Shown here in pieces: positions 50,374 through 59,761 of a DNA stretch of 64,000 nucleotides. This DNA is from Candidatus Hydrogenedentota bacterium (GTDB lineage: Bacteria; Hydrogenedentota; Hydrogenedentia; Hydrogenedentales; SLHB01): contig CAXXYE010000002.1 in NCBI GenBank assembly GCA_963674865.2, positions 96,001 through 160,000 of the forward strand, given 5' to 3'. Position numbers and translations under genes: made by a program. The notes beneath the pieces are model-generated. The model saw only the letters and a list, made by a program, of their open reading frames with translations, made no database searches and was not told the DNA's origin. Numbering within the stretch: the stretch's first letter is position 1; each line of letters opens with the position of its first letter.

Positions 50374-51099
50374 ATGGCGGACTCATCTGTTGTTAGTATT
50401 GTTGCACTCTGTTTGTCCATAGACCAACTGGCAGCTGACGTCTATTCCCACCTTGCGGAAAGCGCAACCGGGCAGCGCTTAGTCAACCTCTGGCAGGAAA
50501 TGGCGCAGGACGAGACTGTCCACATCGCCTACTGGCGCAAGTTGCTTGAACGCAACAAGGATAAACCGTTGCCGCCTGTCTTCGAGGAGCCCGATTCGGT
50601 CATGCGCGAATTGGAGCATACCGCCAAGATCATTCTGAACCTAAAGACAAAGAGCCAATCAACGCATGATATACATGCTGCTTTTATCTTGGCCTATCGC
50701 TTGGAGTTCTACCTTCTTCACCCTGCTTTCGAATCGCTGTTTCACCAACTTAGGCAGGAAGTGGGGGGCGAGTCGCCCGAGGATGATTACGCGGAGCACA
50801 TAGGCCGGCTTGTGGATGCGGCAAGAGAGCTTGACGCCGTGACTCCTGAATCGGAGTTGCTTACAGAATGCATGAGTCACCTCTGGCAACGAAATCGACA
50901 GTTGGCGAAAGAACTTTCCAACGTGGGAACACTTAGGAGCCTGATACCAATCTGTGCTTCGTGTAAGAAGGTGCGCGACGACAAAGGGTATTGGGAACAA
51001 GTCGAATCCTACGTGACCCATCGAACGGGAGTTAGTTTTTCGCATAGTGTTTGTCCCGAATGTATGGCGAAGCTATATGGGTTTCCCAAGAAAAGCTAG
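50374..51099 (+). CDS. Ferritin-like (rubrerythrin-type) domain fused to a CxxC..HxxCxxC zinc-ribbon tail
   Basis: EMAQDETVH, LEFY, AEH; LIPICASCKKVRDDKGYWEQVESY..FSHSVCPEC. Confidence 0.75.
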   Translation: MADSSVVSIVALCLSIDQLAADVYSHLAESATGQRLVNLWQEMAQDETVHIAYWRKLLERNKDKPLPPVFEEPDSVMRELEHTAKIILNLKTKSQSTHDIHAAFILAYRLEFYLLHPAFESLFHQLRQEVGGESPEDDYAEHIGRLVDAARELDAVTPESELLTECMSHLWQRNRQLAKELSNVGTLRSLIPICASCKKVRDDKGYWEQVESYVTHRTGVSFSHSVCPECMAKLYGFPKKS

Positions 51100-51243
51100 G
51101 TCGCCCCTCCCGCAGGCGTGTTTGTCACGCCCTTGTGCGAAGCGGGCCACGCGCCGGACAGGCTCCGATTGCCTGTCACAGGTCCTCAGCGAGGCAGGGT
51201 CTAGTGTGCCTACGACCTCGGGGAGAAAAAAGGTGCCTTGCCG

Positions 51244-52227
51244 ATGAGAGAATTCCCTAATGACGCATACCGATTCGCGCTTGAAAACACGGTCGACGCC
51301 GTTGCCATAACAGATATGAATAGTATCATCCAGTATGTGAACCCGGCATTTACCGCGACAACGGGTTTTCTGGCGGACGAGGCGCTTGGCAGAAAACCGG
51401 CCATACTGCGTTCGCAACATACGACGTTCGACACGTACAAGCGCATGTGGTCTGTGATCTTGAGCGGGGGCTGGTGGCGCGGCGAAATCGTCAACGTCAA
51501 GAAATCTGGGGAGGAGTGGTATTCCTACCTCTCGATATCTCAGATTCGGGATAGCGATGGAGTTCCTTTTGCCTATGTCGGGATTTCCAGAGATATCACT
51601 GAAATGAAGCAGTTTCAGTTCCGTCTAAAGGAAGCCAGCCTCGAAGCTATATTCATGTTATCTTTGGCCGCGGAGGCCAAAGATGAGATAACGGGAAGCC
51701 ACATTCAGCGCGTCCAGCACTATTCCAAAGAACTCGCCCTTCGGCTTGGCCTGTCCCAGATAGAGGCGGAGGAGATAGGGTACTCAAGCATGATGCATGA
51801 TGTTGGAAAACTGCATGTCCCTGACGCGATTCTCAAGAAATGCGGCCCTTTGTCAGATGAGGAGTGGAGGACGATGCGTGAGCACCCTCCTCAAGGCGTG
51901 GAGATTCTCCGTGAAAAGCCTTTTTACAGAACCGCCAGGGAGATCGCCGGCAACCACCATGAGAAATGGGACGGAACCGGCTATCCCGAGGCGAAGAAGG
52001 GGGAAGATATCCCACTTGCTGCTCGTATAGTCACCGTCGCGGATGTTTTCGATGCACTAACAACGAAGCGCCCCTATAAACCAGCATGGTCGGAGGAAGA
52101 GGCCGTACAAGAACTGGTCGCCAATAAGGCCAGAGCCTATGATCCTAAGGTGGTTGACGCATTTGTCGCACTGCGAAGAGATGGCGTTGTCGCCGACATC
52201 CGGCGGCGGTTTCCCTCATCGCAGTAG
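51244..52227 (+). CDS. PAS + HD-GYP cyclic-dinucleotide phosphodiesterase
   Basis: YVNPAF..TG..W.GEIVN.KKSG PAS; HDVGK, HHEKWDGTGYP, ADVFDAL..RPYK. Confidence 0.93.
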   Translation: MREFPNDAYRFALENTVDAVAITDMNSIIQYVNPAFTATTGFLADEALGRKPAILRSQHTTFDTYKRMWSVILSGGWWRGEIVNVKKSGEEWYSYLSISQIRDSDGVPFAYVGISRDITEMKQFQFRLKEASLEAIFMLSLAAEAKDEITGSHIQRVQHYSKELALRLGLSQIEAEEIGYSSMMHDVGKLHVPDAILKKCGPLSDEEWRTMREHPPQGVEILREKPFYRTAREIAGNHHEKWDGTGYPEAKKGEDIPLAARIVTVADVFDALTTKRPYKPAWSEEEAVQELVANKARAYDPKVVDAFVALRRDGVVADIRRRFPSSQ

Positions 52228-52238
52228 ACTATTACATA

Positions 52239-52326
52239 GTATGTATCCCCCGCATGTGAGCCACTTAAAGCGGCTGGGCGGGGCGCTGCCGCGCTCCCGC
52301 GTTGGGGGCCACCCGCGTCGGGTGGA
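52239..52326 (-). mobile_element. IS200 right-end remnant, inverted, terminal hairpin deleted
   Basis: Near-identical to the reverse complement of 35725-35829, apart from loss of most of the CCCCCGGC hairpin. Confidence 0.85.
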
Positions 52327-52402
52327 TCGATGCCCTTTGTACATGGATGGGCTCCACATAGGGACTGAAATCCAGAAAGCACAGTCCGCTTGCGAACGCT
52401 AG

Positions 52403-52731
52403 AGCCTCATCGTCAGTACCAACTTGCCCTTTGAGCAATGGACCGAGGGCCTGGGCAACGAACGCCTCACCGGCGCCATGCTCGACCGACTCAACCATCG
52501 CGTCCACATCATCGAGGCCAACGGACAGAGCTACCGACTCAGGGCCGCCAAACGGCGGGCAAAAGGAAAAGCAAAAAGAAAAACCATGAAAGCTTGCCTC
52601 CCCCGGGGGAGGGCAAGAAGGAAGACTGACCCAAAGCCTACTTGAATACCTACAGTTAGCCGGAGATACTTGCCGCATCGGGTGCTACACTCTTGGACCG
52701 CCACCCGCTGTATTTCTACGCCGCCGCGACA
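52403..52731 (+). mobile_element. istB: IS21 family remnant (istB 3' end and right end)
   Basis: SLIVSTNLPFEQW..LTGAMLDRLNHR.HII..NGQSYRL; repeated GCT..A..CCGCC motifs ending in GACA. Confidence 0.8.
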
Positions 52732-52831
52732 ACAGAATACGCTACTCGACCGGAGCTGGTCTTCTCATACAATCTGACCATTTGGAATTACATCTTCTCT
52801 GACGCGCACGCTTGCAGGAGGCCTACTTGTT

Positions 52832-55003
52832 ATGACATCCCATGGAGCTCAGACGCCGGGTGCCGATGTCCGGGCGCTGCCGTACTACGACAAAGAGAAG
52901 ATGAGGGTCAGTGGAGACTGGATCGTGGCGCCGATCGACGCAAAGACTGGTGTGTATCGCACCGCGAACCACCATGAAATCGTGCTGTCTAACGGACTTA
53001 TCACCCGCACGTTCCGCCTCGTGCCCGGTGCCGCAACCGTCGGGTTCGACAATCTGATGACCGGCGAGGCACTGCTGCGCGGCGTGAAGCCCGAAGCGCG
53101 CATTACCGTGAACGGCGCGGAACTCAATGTGGGCGGCCTGGTGGGACAGGAGAATTATGCCTATCTGACGCCTGAGTGGATTGAGGCCCTTACGAGAGAC
53201 CCTAACGCGCTGCAATACGCTGGCCACGAGGTTTCGGACACAGGAGCGCCGTTTACCTGGAAACGGGTGCGCTACTGTCAGGATCTGCCCTGGCCTCCGC
53301 TCGGCAAACGGCTGACCCTGGGTTTCGCGGCACAGCCGGGAGGTGGTCAGATGCCTATTGTGGTCGACGTCCACTACGAGATGTACGACGGCATCCCGCT
53401 GCTGGCCAAATGGCTCACTATCCGCAACGGTTGCGATTCCGAAGTGACCCTGGATTCCTACACCGGCGAGATCCTGGCCGCGGTGGAGATGGCGTCTCTT
53501 GTGAGCGGCCAGCCGACTCACTTCAGTACGCCCAACGTCCAGGTGGTTACGGATTACATGTTCGGCGGTGACAGCCTGGACGTTGCCGGCAAAGCTGTGC
53601 ACTGGGTGAACGATCCCGACTACAAGACACAGGTCAACTTCGCCCTCCAGGCGAAGGTTCTGCTGGAAAGTCGCCCGGTCATCGGCCCGGCGGTAGCGCT
53701 GAAGCCTGGCGAGTCCTTTACGACCCATCGAACCTACGAACTCGTCTTTGACTCGACAGAGCGCGAACGCAACAGCCTCGCGACCCGCCGCATGTTCCGC
53801 ACCATTGCCCCGTGGACGACCGAAAACCCCATTTTGATGCACGTGCGCAGCGCCGACCCTGATGCGGTGCGCCTCGGGATTGACCAGTGCGCAGAGTTGG
53901 GATTCGAGATGATCATCCTCACCTTCGGAAGCGGATTCAACATCGAGAATGAGGACCCAGCCTATCTGGCGCAATTGAAGGAACTGGCCGACTACGCACA
54001 CGCCAAGGGGATCGAGATCGGCGGATATTCGCTGCTGGCTTCGCGCACCGTGGGAACGGAAACCGACGTGATCAATCCCGAAACCGGCAAGCCCGGCGGA
54101 TTCGCCACGTTCGGCAATTCGCCGTGTCTCTGCAGCGCATGGGGCCAGGACTACTTCCGCAAGCTCTACGTGTTCTATGAGATGACCGGCTTCGACCTCC
54201 TCGAACACGACGGCAGCTACCCGGGCGACGTCTGTGCATCGTCAAGCCATCCCGGACACCGCAGTGTGAACGATTCCCAGTATAGACAGTGGCGGGCCAT
54301 CACGCACTTCTACAACTGGTGCCGGGGCCGGGGCATCTATCTGAGCGTACCTGACTTATACTACTTGAACGGATCCAACAAGTCGGGCATGGGCTACCGC
54401 GAAACCAACTGGTCTCTGCCCCGGGCTGAACAGGTTATCCATGCCCGCCAGAACATTTATGACGGTACGTGGGAGAAGACGCCGAGCATGGGGTGGATGT
54501 TTGTGCCACTTACCGAATACCATGGTGGCGGGGCAGCGGCCACACTAGAGCCTCTCGCCGAACACCTGAACGTGTACGAGGCCCACTTAGCCAACCTCTT
54601 CGGCACAGGCGTCCAGGCCTGCTTCCGCGGCCCGCGCCTCTATGACACGGACGACACCAAGGCGGTCGTCAAGCAGTGGGTCGATTTCTACAAGACGCAC
54701 CGCGCCATTCTTGACTCCGACATCATCCACGTGCGCAGGGCGGATGGCCGCAACATCGACTGCATGATGAGCGTCAACCCGCGCCTCGAAGAGCGCGCTT
54801 TGGCCATGGTCTTCAATCCGCTTCAGGAAACCGTCAAGCGCACGCTCCGGCTGCCGCTTTACTACGCCGGCCTGACTGACACGGCCACCGTCCGGGAACG
54901 TGAGGGCAATCCAATGCCTTATCAACTTGACCGCGACTACAGCATCACGCTGGAAATCGAGATGACGCCACAGAGTGCTACGTGGTTCGTTATCGCGGAG
55001 TGA
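52832..55003 (+). CDS. Alpha-galactosidase-like glycoside hydrolase (GH36-related)
   Basis: APWTTENPILMH, GFEMIILTFGSGFN.E, EHDGSYPGD, GYRETNWSLPR. Confidence 0.75.
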   Translation: MTSHGAQTPGADVRALPYYDKEKMRVSGDWIVAPIDAKTGVYRTANHHEIVLSNGLITRTFRLVPGAATVGFDNLMTGEALLRGVKPEARITVNGAELNVGGLVGQENYAYLTPEWIEALTRDPNALQYAGHEVSDTGAPFTWKRVRYCQDLPWPPLGKRLTLGFAAQPGGGQMPIVVDVHYEMYDGIPLLAKWLTIRNGCDSEVTLDSYTGEILAAVEMASLVSGQPTHFSTPNVQVVTDYMFGGDSLDVAGKAVHWVNDPDYKTQVNFALQAKVLLESRPVIGPAVALKPGESFTTHRTYELVFDSTERERNSLATRRMFRTIAPWTTENPILMHVRSADPDAVRLGIDQCAELGFEMIILTFGSGFNIENEDPAYLAQLKELADYAHAKGIEIGGYSLLASRTVGTETDVINPETGKPGGFATFGNSPCLCSAWGQDYFRKLYVFYEMTGFDLLEHDGSYPGDVCASSSHPGHRSVNDSQYRQWRAITHFYNWCRGRGIYLSVPDLYYLNGSNKSGMGYRETNWSLPRAEQVIHARQNIYDGTWEKTPSMGWMFVPLTEYHGGGAAATLEPLAEHLNVYEAHLANLFGTGVQACFRGPRLYDTDDTKAVVKQWVDFYKTHRAILDSDIIHVRRADGRNIDCMMSVNPRLEERALAMVFNPLQETVKRTLRLPLYYAGLTDTATVREREGNPMPYQLDRDYSITLEIEMTPQSATWFVIAE

Positions 55004-55296
55004 GGCGGGCACAAGCACACCAACAGGCCTACTCCTCTTCCTTGTTCACGCAGTTTGCACCCAAAGACCCCTATCAAGCCTGTCCACCACCGGTTCGAAC
55101 GGCTGCGTGAATTGCACACCGCTAGCACCGAATCTCACCCAGAGTCTGCGCACTTGCTTATGCGGCGCCGTATGGGCGCAAAGGGTATCTGTGAATGGTC
55201 TCCAGTGCGCTTGCCGGGAGTATTTGTTTAGGCGCAAAGTGTGGCAAGGAATTCAAACGATAATAGGGCTGTTCTTTGTTTGGAAAGGAGGAGAAC

Positions 55297-55893
55297 ATGA
55301 TGACAGTATGGATCTTGTCCCTTTTGGCTGCGTTGGCCTTTACTGCAATGCTTGGGGGGTGCTCGACAGCTACCGTGCCGCCGGGAGCCCCTGTGAAAAG
55401 TGTACTGCAGCATACAATGTACGACATAGATGGCCAGGCAATTGATCTCGCGCAATACGAGGGTCAGGTCGTGCTGGTTGTAAATGTGGCGTCGAAATGT
55501 GGCTTCACGCCCCAATACGAAGGTCTTGAGGCCCTCTACAGACAGTACAAGAATGAGGGTTTCGTCGTACTGGGTTTCCCGGCCAACAACTTCATGGGTC
55601 AGGAGCCGGGCACTAATGAGGAAATTAAGGCGTTCTGTTCAACGAAGTACAACGTCACTTTTCCAGTATTTGCGAAGATCTCCGTGAAAGGCGAACACAT
55701 GGCGCCCTTCTACCAGGATCTTGTGTCGGAAGAGTTCAGCGGCTCTCATGCCGGCAGCATCAAGTGGAACTTCACCAAGTTTCTGGTGGGCCGCGACGGC
55801 TGCGTGCGGACGCGCTTTGGTTCGCGCACCAACCCATTGGACCCCAGGGTGCTAGCAGCGGTAGAAGATGTCCTCGCTGAAGGCAAATCTTGA
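55297..55893 (+). CDS. Cys-type glutathione peroxidase, probable lipoprotein
   Basis: VNVASKCGFTPQY, LGFPANNF..QEPG, IKWNFTKFL; LGGC lipobox. Confidence 0.92.
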   Translation: MMTVWILSLLAALAFTAMLGGCSTATVPPGAPVKSVLQHTMYDIDGQAIDLAQYEGQVVLVVNVASKCGFTPQYEGLEALYRQYKNEGFVVLGFPANNFMGQEPGTNEEIKAFCSTKYNVTFPVFAKISVKGEHMAPFYQDLVSEEFSGSHAGSIKWNFTKFLVGRDGCVRTRFGSRTNPLDPRVLAAVEDVLAEGKS

Positions 55894-56052
55894 CGCTCAG
55901 CCCCATAGGTAGGCTTTCTAGCCAGTGACGTTGCTGTTGTGTCTGCAGGCTCGCCAGATTTATTGTTTCTTAATTCGGGTCACTTCTCTGGAAGTTATCC
56001 AAGGACCCCTGGGGCGCTACCGCGCGGAGACAAGCGTGCCTGAGGCCAACTA

Positions 56053-56142
56053 CTTCCCGCTTTGCCGCACAAGCGGGAATCCAGTGCTTTCGGGCTGTTT
56101 CGACAATGTGTTTCTGGATGCCCACTTCTCGCGGGCATAACG
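56053..56142. repeat. Degenerate paired palindromic repeat of the TTCCCGC..GCGGGAATCCAG / CTGGAT.CCC..GCGGG type
   Basis: Two facing imperfect hairpins sharing ATCCAG/CTGGAT. Confidence 0.45.
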
Positions 56143-56188
56143 TTGCGAGGAAAGCTAGAGCTGCATCCGGTTTTGGGATAGCTTCTCG

Positions 56189-56377
56189 ATGTGTGCCTCA
56201 AACAACATGCTTCAATGGTTCGTAGCGGAGCAGGTCGAAGAGGAAGCAGTTGCCGAAGCGATTCTGCAGAACCTCAGACCGGTTGCGGATCACCCACAGG
56301 GCCTCTTCATGATGGATCAGGAGTTGGGTAAGCGGCAGGTCCCCGTCGGTCCAGTAGCTGAAGAGACGGAGTCGTGA
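56189..56377 (+). pseudogene. Ferritin C-terminal fragment
   Basis: NMLQWFVAEQVEEE..GLFMMDQELGKR; N-terminal two-thirds absent. Confidence 0.8.
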
Positions 56378-56528
56378 GGCTTTGTAGACTGGGATCATGC
56401 ACCGTGTATGTCGTACTAAAGGGCGTGCCTGGGTTGACCCTTGCACGTAGCTTCTCGAGACTGACGATTCACGCAACCGCATCGTGCGAATAGCGCAAGT
56501 GCAGAACATGGAGCAGGGGAGTAGGATC

Positions 56529-56708
56529 ATGGTTTCCAGTTGTGACCTGGCAAACAAGGAGTGTGTGCCGTGTAGAGGTGGCGTACCACCAATCACTGGC
56601 TCGGAGCTCTTATCACTCCACGAACAGCTTGGTGAGCAGTGGAGTCTGGTCACCCTGTCATCGACCATGTTGAGGCGCGTGTGCGGGCGTTGGAGGCATA
56701 CGAGATGA
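56529..56708 (+). pseudogene. Pterin-4a-carbinolamine dehydratase N-terminal fragment
   Basis: DLANKECVPCRGGVPP..L..QL..W; similarity then ends and the catalytic HHP motif is missing. Confidence 0.65.
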
Positions 56709-56721
56709 TTCGGCGATTGCC

Positions 56722-58182
56722 ATGAGCAATCCCAAGAACAGATTGGTTCTAATCACGGGAGCCACCGGCTATGTCGGAGGGCGGCTGGCTCCGCAGCTGA
56801 TCGCTCGCGGGAAACGGCTTCGGTGTCTCGCGCGGTGTCCTGAGGCCTTGGCGGATAGACTGGTGGCGTACTCGGAAGCTGTGCAGGGGGATGTACTGGA
56901 CGCTCCCAGTCTTGATCGCGCACTTGCTGGCGTGGATACGGCCTACTACCTTGTCCATTCCCTGGGCACAGGCAATGACTTCGAGGCTACCGAGACGGAA
57001 GCGGCGCGAAACTTCGCAGTAGCCGCGAAGACCGCCGGGGTGCGGCGGGTTATCTACCTCGGGGGGCTGTGCGACGAGGAGCGGCTTGACTTATCACCGC
57101 ATCTGAGGAGCCGTTGCCGAGTGGGCGAAGTGTTGCGGGAGTACGGCGTTCAGACCGTCGAGTTCCGCGCGTCTGTCATTCTCGGTTCGGGAAGCCTCTC
57201 GTTCGAGTTGATCCGAGCCCTGGTCCAGCGGCTGCCAATGATGATCACACCGAAATGGGTATCCGTGCAGGCGCAGCCGATCGCCATCTCCGATGTACTC
57301 GAGTACCTCATTGCCGCCCTCGATCTGGAAGTGATGGGCCACCGAACGTACGAAATCGGCGGGCTGGACCAGATGTCCTACGGCGACCTTATGCGCGAAT
57401 ACGCCCGCATGCGTGGCTTAAGACGGTGGATGATCGCAGTGCCCGTGCTCACGCCGCGACTCTCGAGCCTCTGGCTCAATCTGGTGACGCCCGTCTACGC
57501 TCGAATCGGCCGTAAACTCATCGATAGCATAACCTCGCCCAGCGTGGTCCGCGATGATGCCGCCCTACGAGACTTCGACATCCGTCCGATGAGCGTGCAC
57601 GAAGCGCTTGAGCAGACGCTGCGGAACGAAGACCGTGAGTTCGTTGAGACCCATTGGGCCGGTGCCCTCTCGTCCGTGGAGCCCATGCGCAGTTGGGGTG
57701 GCGTTACCTTCGGCAGCCGCATCGTCGACTCGCGAGACGTCCGCACTGCAGCTCCCCCCGAAGAGGCCTTCGCCCCTGTCAAGCGCATCGGGGGCGCGAC
57801 CGGCTGGTACTACGGCAATTGGCTCTGGCGCCTGCGGGGCTTCGTAGACCGCCTTTTGGGTGGCGTCGGCATGGGACGCGGGCGGCGGGATTCAGAATCG
57901 CTTCGCGTCGGCGACGTGCTGGATTGCTGGCGTGTCGATTCCTATGACCCGCCTCGACGCTTGACGCTGGCGGCCGAGATGAAGCTGCCCGGCCGGGCAT
58001 GGCTACAATTCGACGTGGAATCCGACGGCGATGGGTCACGCATCCGGCAGACGGCACTGTATGACCCTGTGGGGTTGTCTGGACTCCTCTACTGGTACCT
58101 GCTGTATCCGATTCACAAACTCGTGTTCGCAGGTATGTTGCGTAACATCGCGCGCGCCGCCGAGCAGGGAACACCCCCGTGA
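56722..58182 (+). CDS. YbjT-like atypical SDR with DUF2867 domain
   Basis: TGATGYVGGRL, YYLVHS, GSGSLSFE, IGG.TGWYY..LW.LRG, AEMKLPGRAWL. Confidence 0.9.
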   Translation: MSNPKNRLVLITGATGYVGGRLAPQLIARGKRLRCLARCPEALADRLVAYSEAVQGDVLDAPSLDRALAGVDTAYYLVHSLGTGNDFEATETEAARNFAVAAKTAGVRRVIYLGGLCDEERLDLSPHLRSRCRVGEVLREYGVQTVEFRASVILGSGSLSFELIRALVQRLPMMITPKWVSVQAQPIAISDVLEYLIAALDLEVMGHRTYEIGGLDQMSYGDLMREYARMRGLRRWMIAVPVLTPRLSSLWLNLVTPVYARIGRKLIDSITSPSVVRDDAALRDFDIRPMSVHEALEQTLRNEDREFVETHWAGALSSVEPMRSWGGVTFGSRIVDSRDVRTAAPPEEAFAPVKRIGGATGWYYGNWLWRLRGFVDRLLGGVGMGRGRRDSESLRVGDVLDCWRVDSYDPPRRLTLAAEMKLPGRAWLQFDVESDGDGSRIRQTALYDPVGLSGLLYWYLLYPIHKLVFAGMLRNIARAAEQGTPP

Positions 58183-59717
58183 CGTCGCGTGGCGCCAAGA
58201 CGACCATCTGGATTCTGGGGGACCAGCTCACGCCACAGGCAAGTTCGCTTGAGGGAGTGGCGCCAAGCGATTGTGTGGTCCTCATGGTCGAGTCCATCGA
58301 GCACTGCCGACGCCTCCCATTCCACAAACAGAAGCTCATTCTGGTCTGGTCCGCCATGCGCCATTTCGCTGAAGAACTCCGGCAGATCGGATACGAAGTC
58401 GACTACCACAAGGCCGCGTCGTCCTTTGAGAGCGCGTTGCGAAAGCACGTCAAACGTTATCGACCGCAGCGGTTACGCGTGATGGAGTCTGCCGATTTCG
58501 GCGTGTCGGAGCAGTTGATTCAGGAAGCGCTGCAAAGGGGCCTCTCGGTGGAGACGACGCCGAACACCATGTTTGTCAGCGACAAGGAGGCCTTCCAGCG
58601 GGAGTCCAAGGGCAAACGCTCACGCGTCATGGAAGCCTTCTATCGCAAGATACGCAAGCGCACAAAGGTCTTGATGACCGGGCAAGAGCCCGTCGGTGGG
58701 AGATGGAACTACGACGCGGAGAACCGGCAACGCCCTCCGAAGGGCCTCAGGTGCCCTGATGTTCCCAGGTATACGCCCGACGCCGTCACCCGTGAGGTAA
58801 TCGCGCTCGTGGAGAAGAAGTTCCCGGAGCATTTCGGACGCGCAGACACCTTCCGATGGCCTGTGACACGCAGAGATGCCCAGCATCTCCTTAACGATTT
58901 CCTGGAGCATCGGCTGGCGCAGTTCGGGCCGTACCAGGATGCTATGGTCTCGGGCCAGCGCACCCTCTTTCATTCGCTGCTTTCGCCTTTGCTTAACTTG
59001 GGACTACTGGATCCTATAGAGCTCTGCCGCAGGGCAGAAGCCGCTTATGCCGACGGCAAGGCCCCGATGAACTCGGTCGAGGGATTCGTACGCCAGGTTC
59101 TGGGTTGGCGCGAGTACGTATACCAAGTTTACCACTGGCGCATGCCAGACTACGCCGGCATGAACCACCTCGAGGCGGATGCGCCGCTTCCCGAGTGTTA
59201 TTGGGACGGCAACACGCGGATGCGGTGCATGCGCGAGGCGGTCCAAGCATTACTTGAGGACGGTATCAATCACCACATCCAACGTCTCATGATAACGGGT
59301 AACTTCGCCCTGATCGCCGGCCTCAATCCCCAACAGGTCAACGAATGGTATTGGCTTGCATACGTGGACGCGCATGAGTGGGTCGTGACCCCGAACGTCC
59401 TCGGGATGGCCCTATACGCCGACGGCGGCATCCTGGGAACCAAGCCCTACGCGGCATCGGCGAACTATATAAACCGAATGAGCGATTACTGCCGCGGATG
59501 CCCTTGCGACCCGCGAGCCGCAACGGGCACAGACGCGTGTCCCTTCAACGCGCTCTACTGGGATTTTCTTGCGCGGAACGAAACCAAGCTGAGCAACAAT
59601 CCCCGCATGGCACTGGCCTACCGAAATCTCGACAGGCGGAAGAACGAGGACCTCAAGGCCATCCGAACCCACGCAAACGGACTACTTGAGCGCCTTGGTA
59701 GCGGCGGAGCAATATGA
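58179..59717 (+). CDS. phrB: FeS-cluster bacterial cryptochrome/(6-4) photolyase (PhrB-like)
   Basis: LGDQL, HKQK, GGRWNYDAENR, FGPYQDAM, RQVLGWRE, HHIQRLM, KPYAASANYINRMSDYC..C..CPFN.LYW. Confidence 0.9.
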   Translation: MTSRGAKTTIWILGDQLTPQASSLEGVAPSDCVVLMVESIEHCRRLPFHKQKLILVWSAMRHFAEELRQIGYEVDYHKAASSFESALRKHVKRYRPQRLRVMESADFGVSEQLIQEALQRGLSVETTPNTMFVSDKEAFQRESKGKRSRVMEAFYRKIRKRTKVLMTGQEPVGGRWNYDAENRQRPPKGLRCPDVPRYTPDAVTREVIALVEKKFPEHFGRADTFRWPVTRRDAQHLLNDFLEHRLAQFGPYQDAMVSGQRTLFHSLLSPLLNLGLLDPIELCRRAEAAYADGKAPMNSVEGFVRQVLGWREYVYQVYHWRMPDYAGMNHLEADAPLPECYWDGNTRMRCMREAVQALLEDGINHHIQRLMITGNFALIAGLNPQQVNEWYWLAYVDAHEWVVTPNVLGMALYADGGILGTKPYAASANYINRMSDYCRGCPCDPRAATGTDACPFNALYWDFLARNETKLSNNPRMALAYRNLDRRKNEDLKAIRTHANGLLERLGSGGAI

Positions 59718-59761
59718 TGACTACCTGGCAGCCTATGTTTCCTGTCAACTGCGCGTAACGG

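Noticed and set aside
55480..55520. Selenocysteine in the glutathione peroxidase
   Set aside because: The active-site codon is TGT (Cys), not TGA
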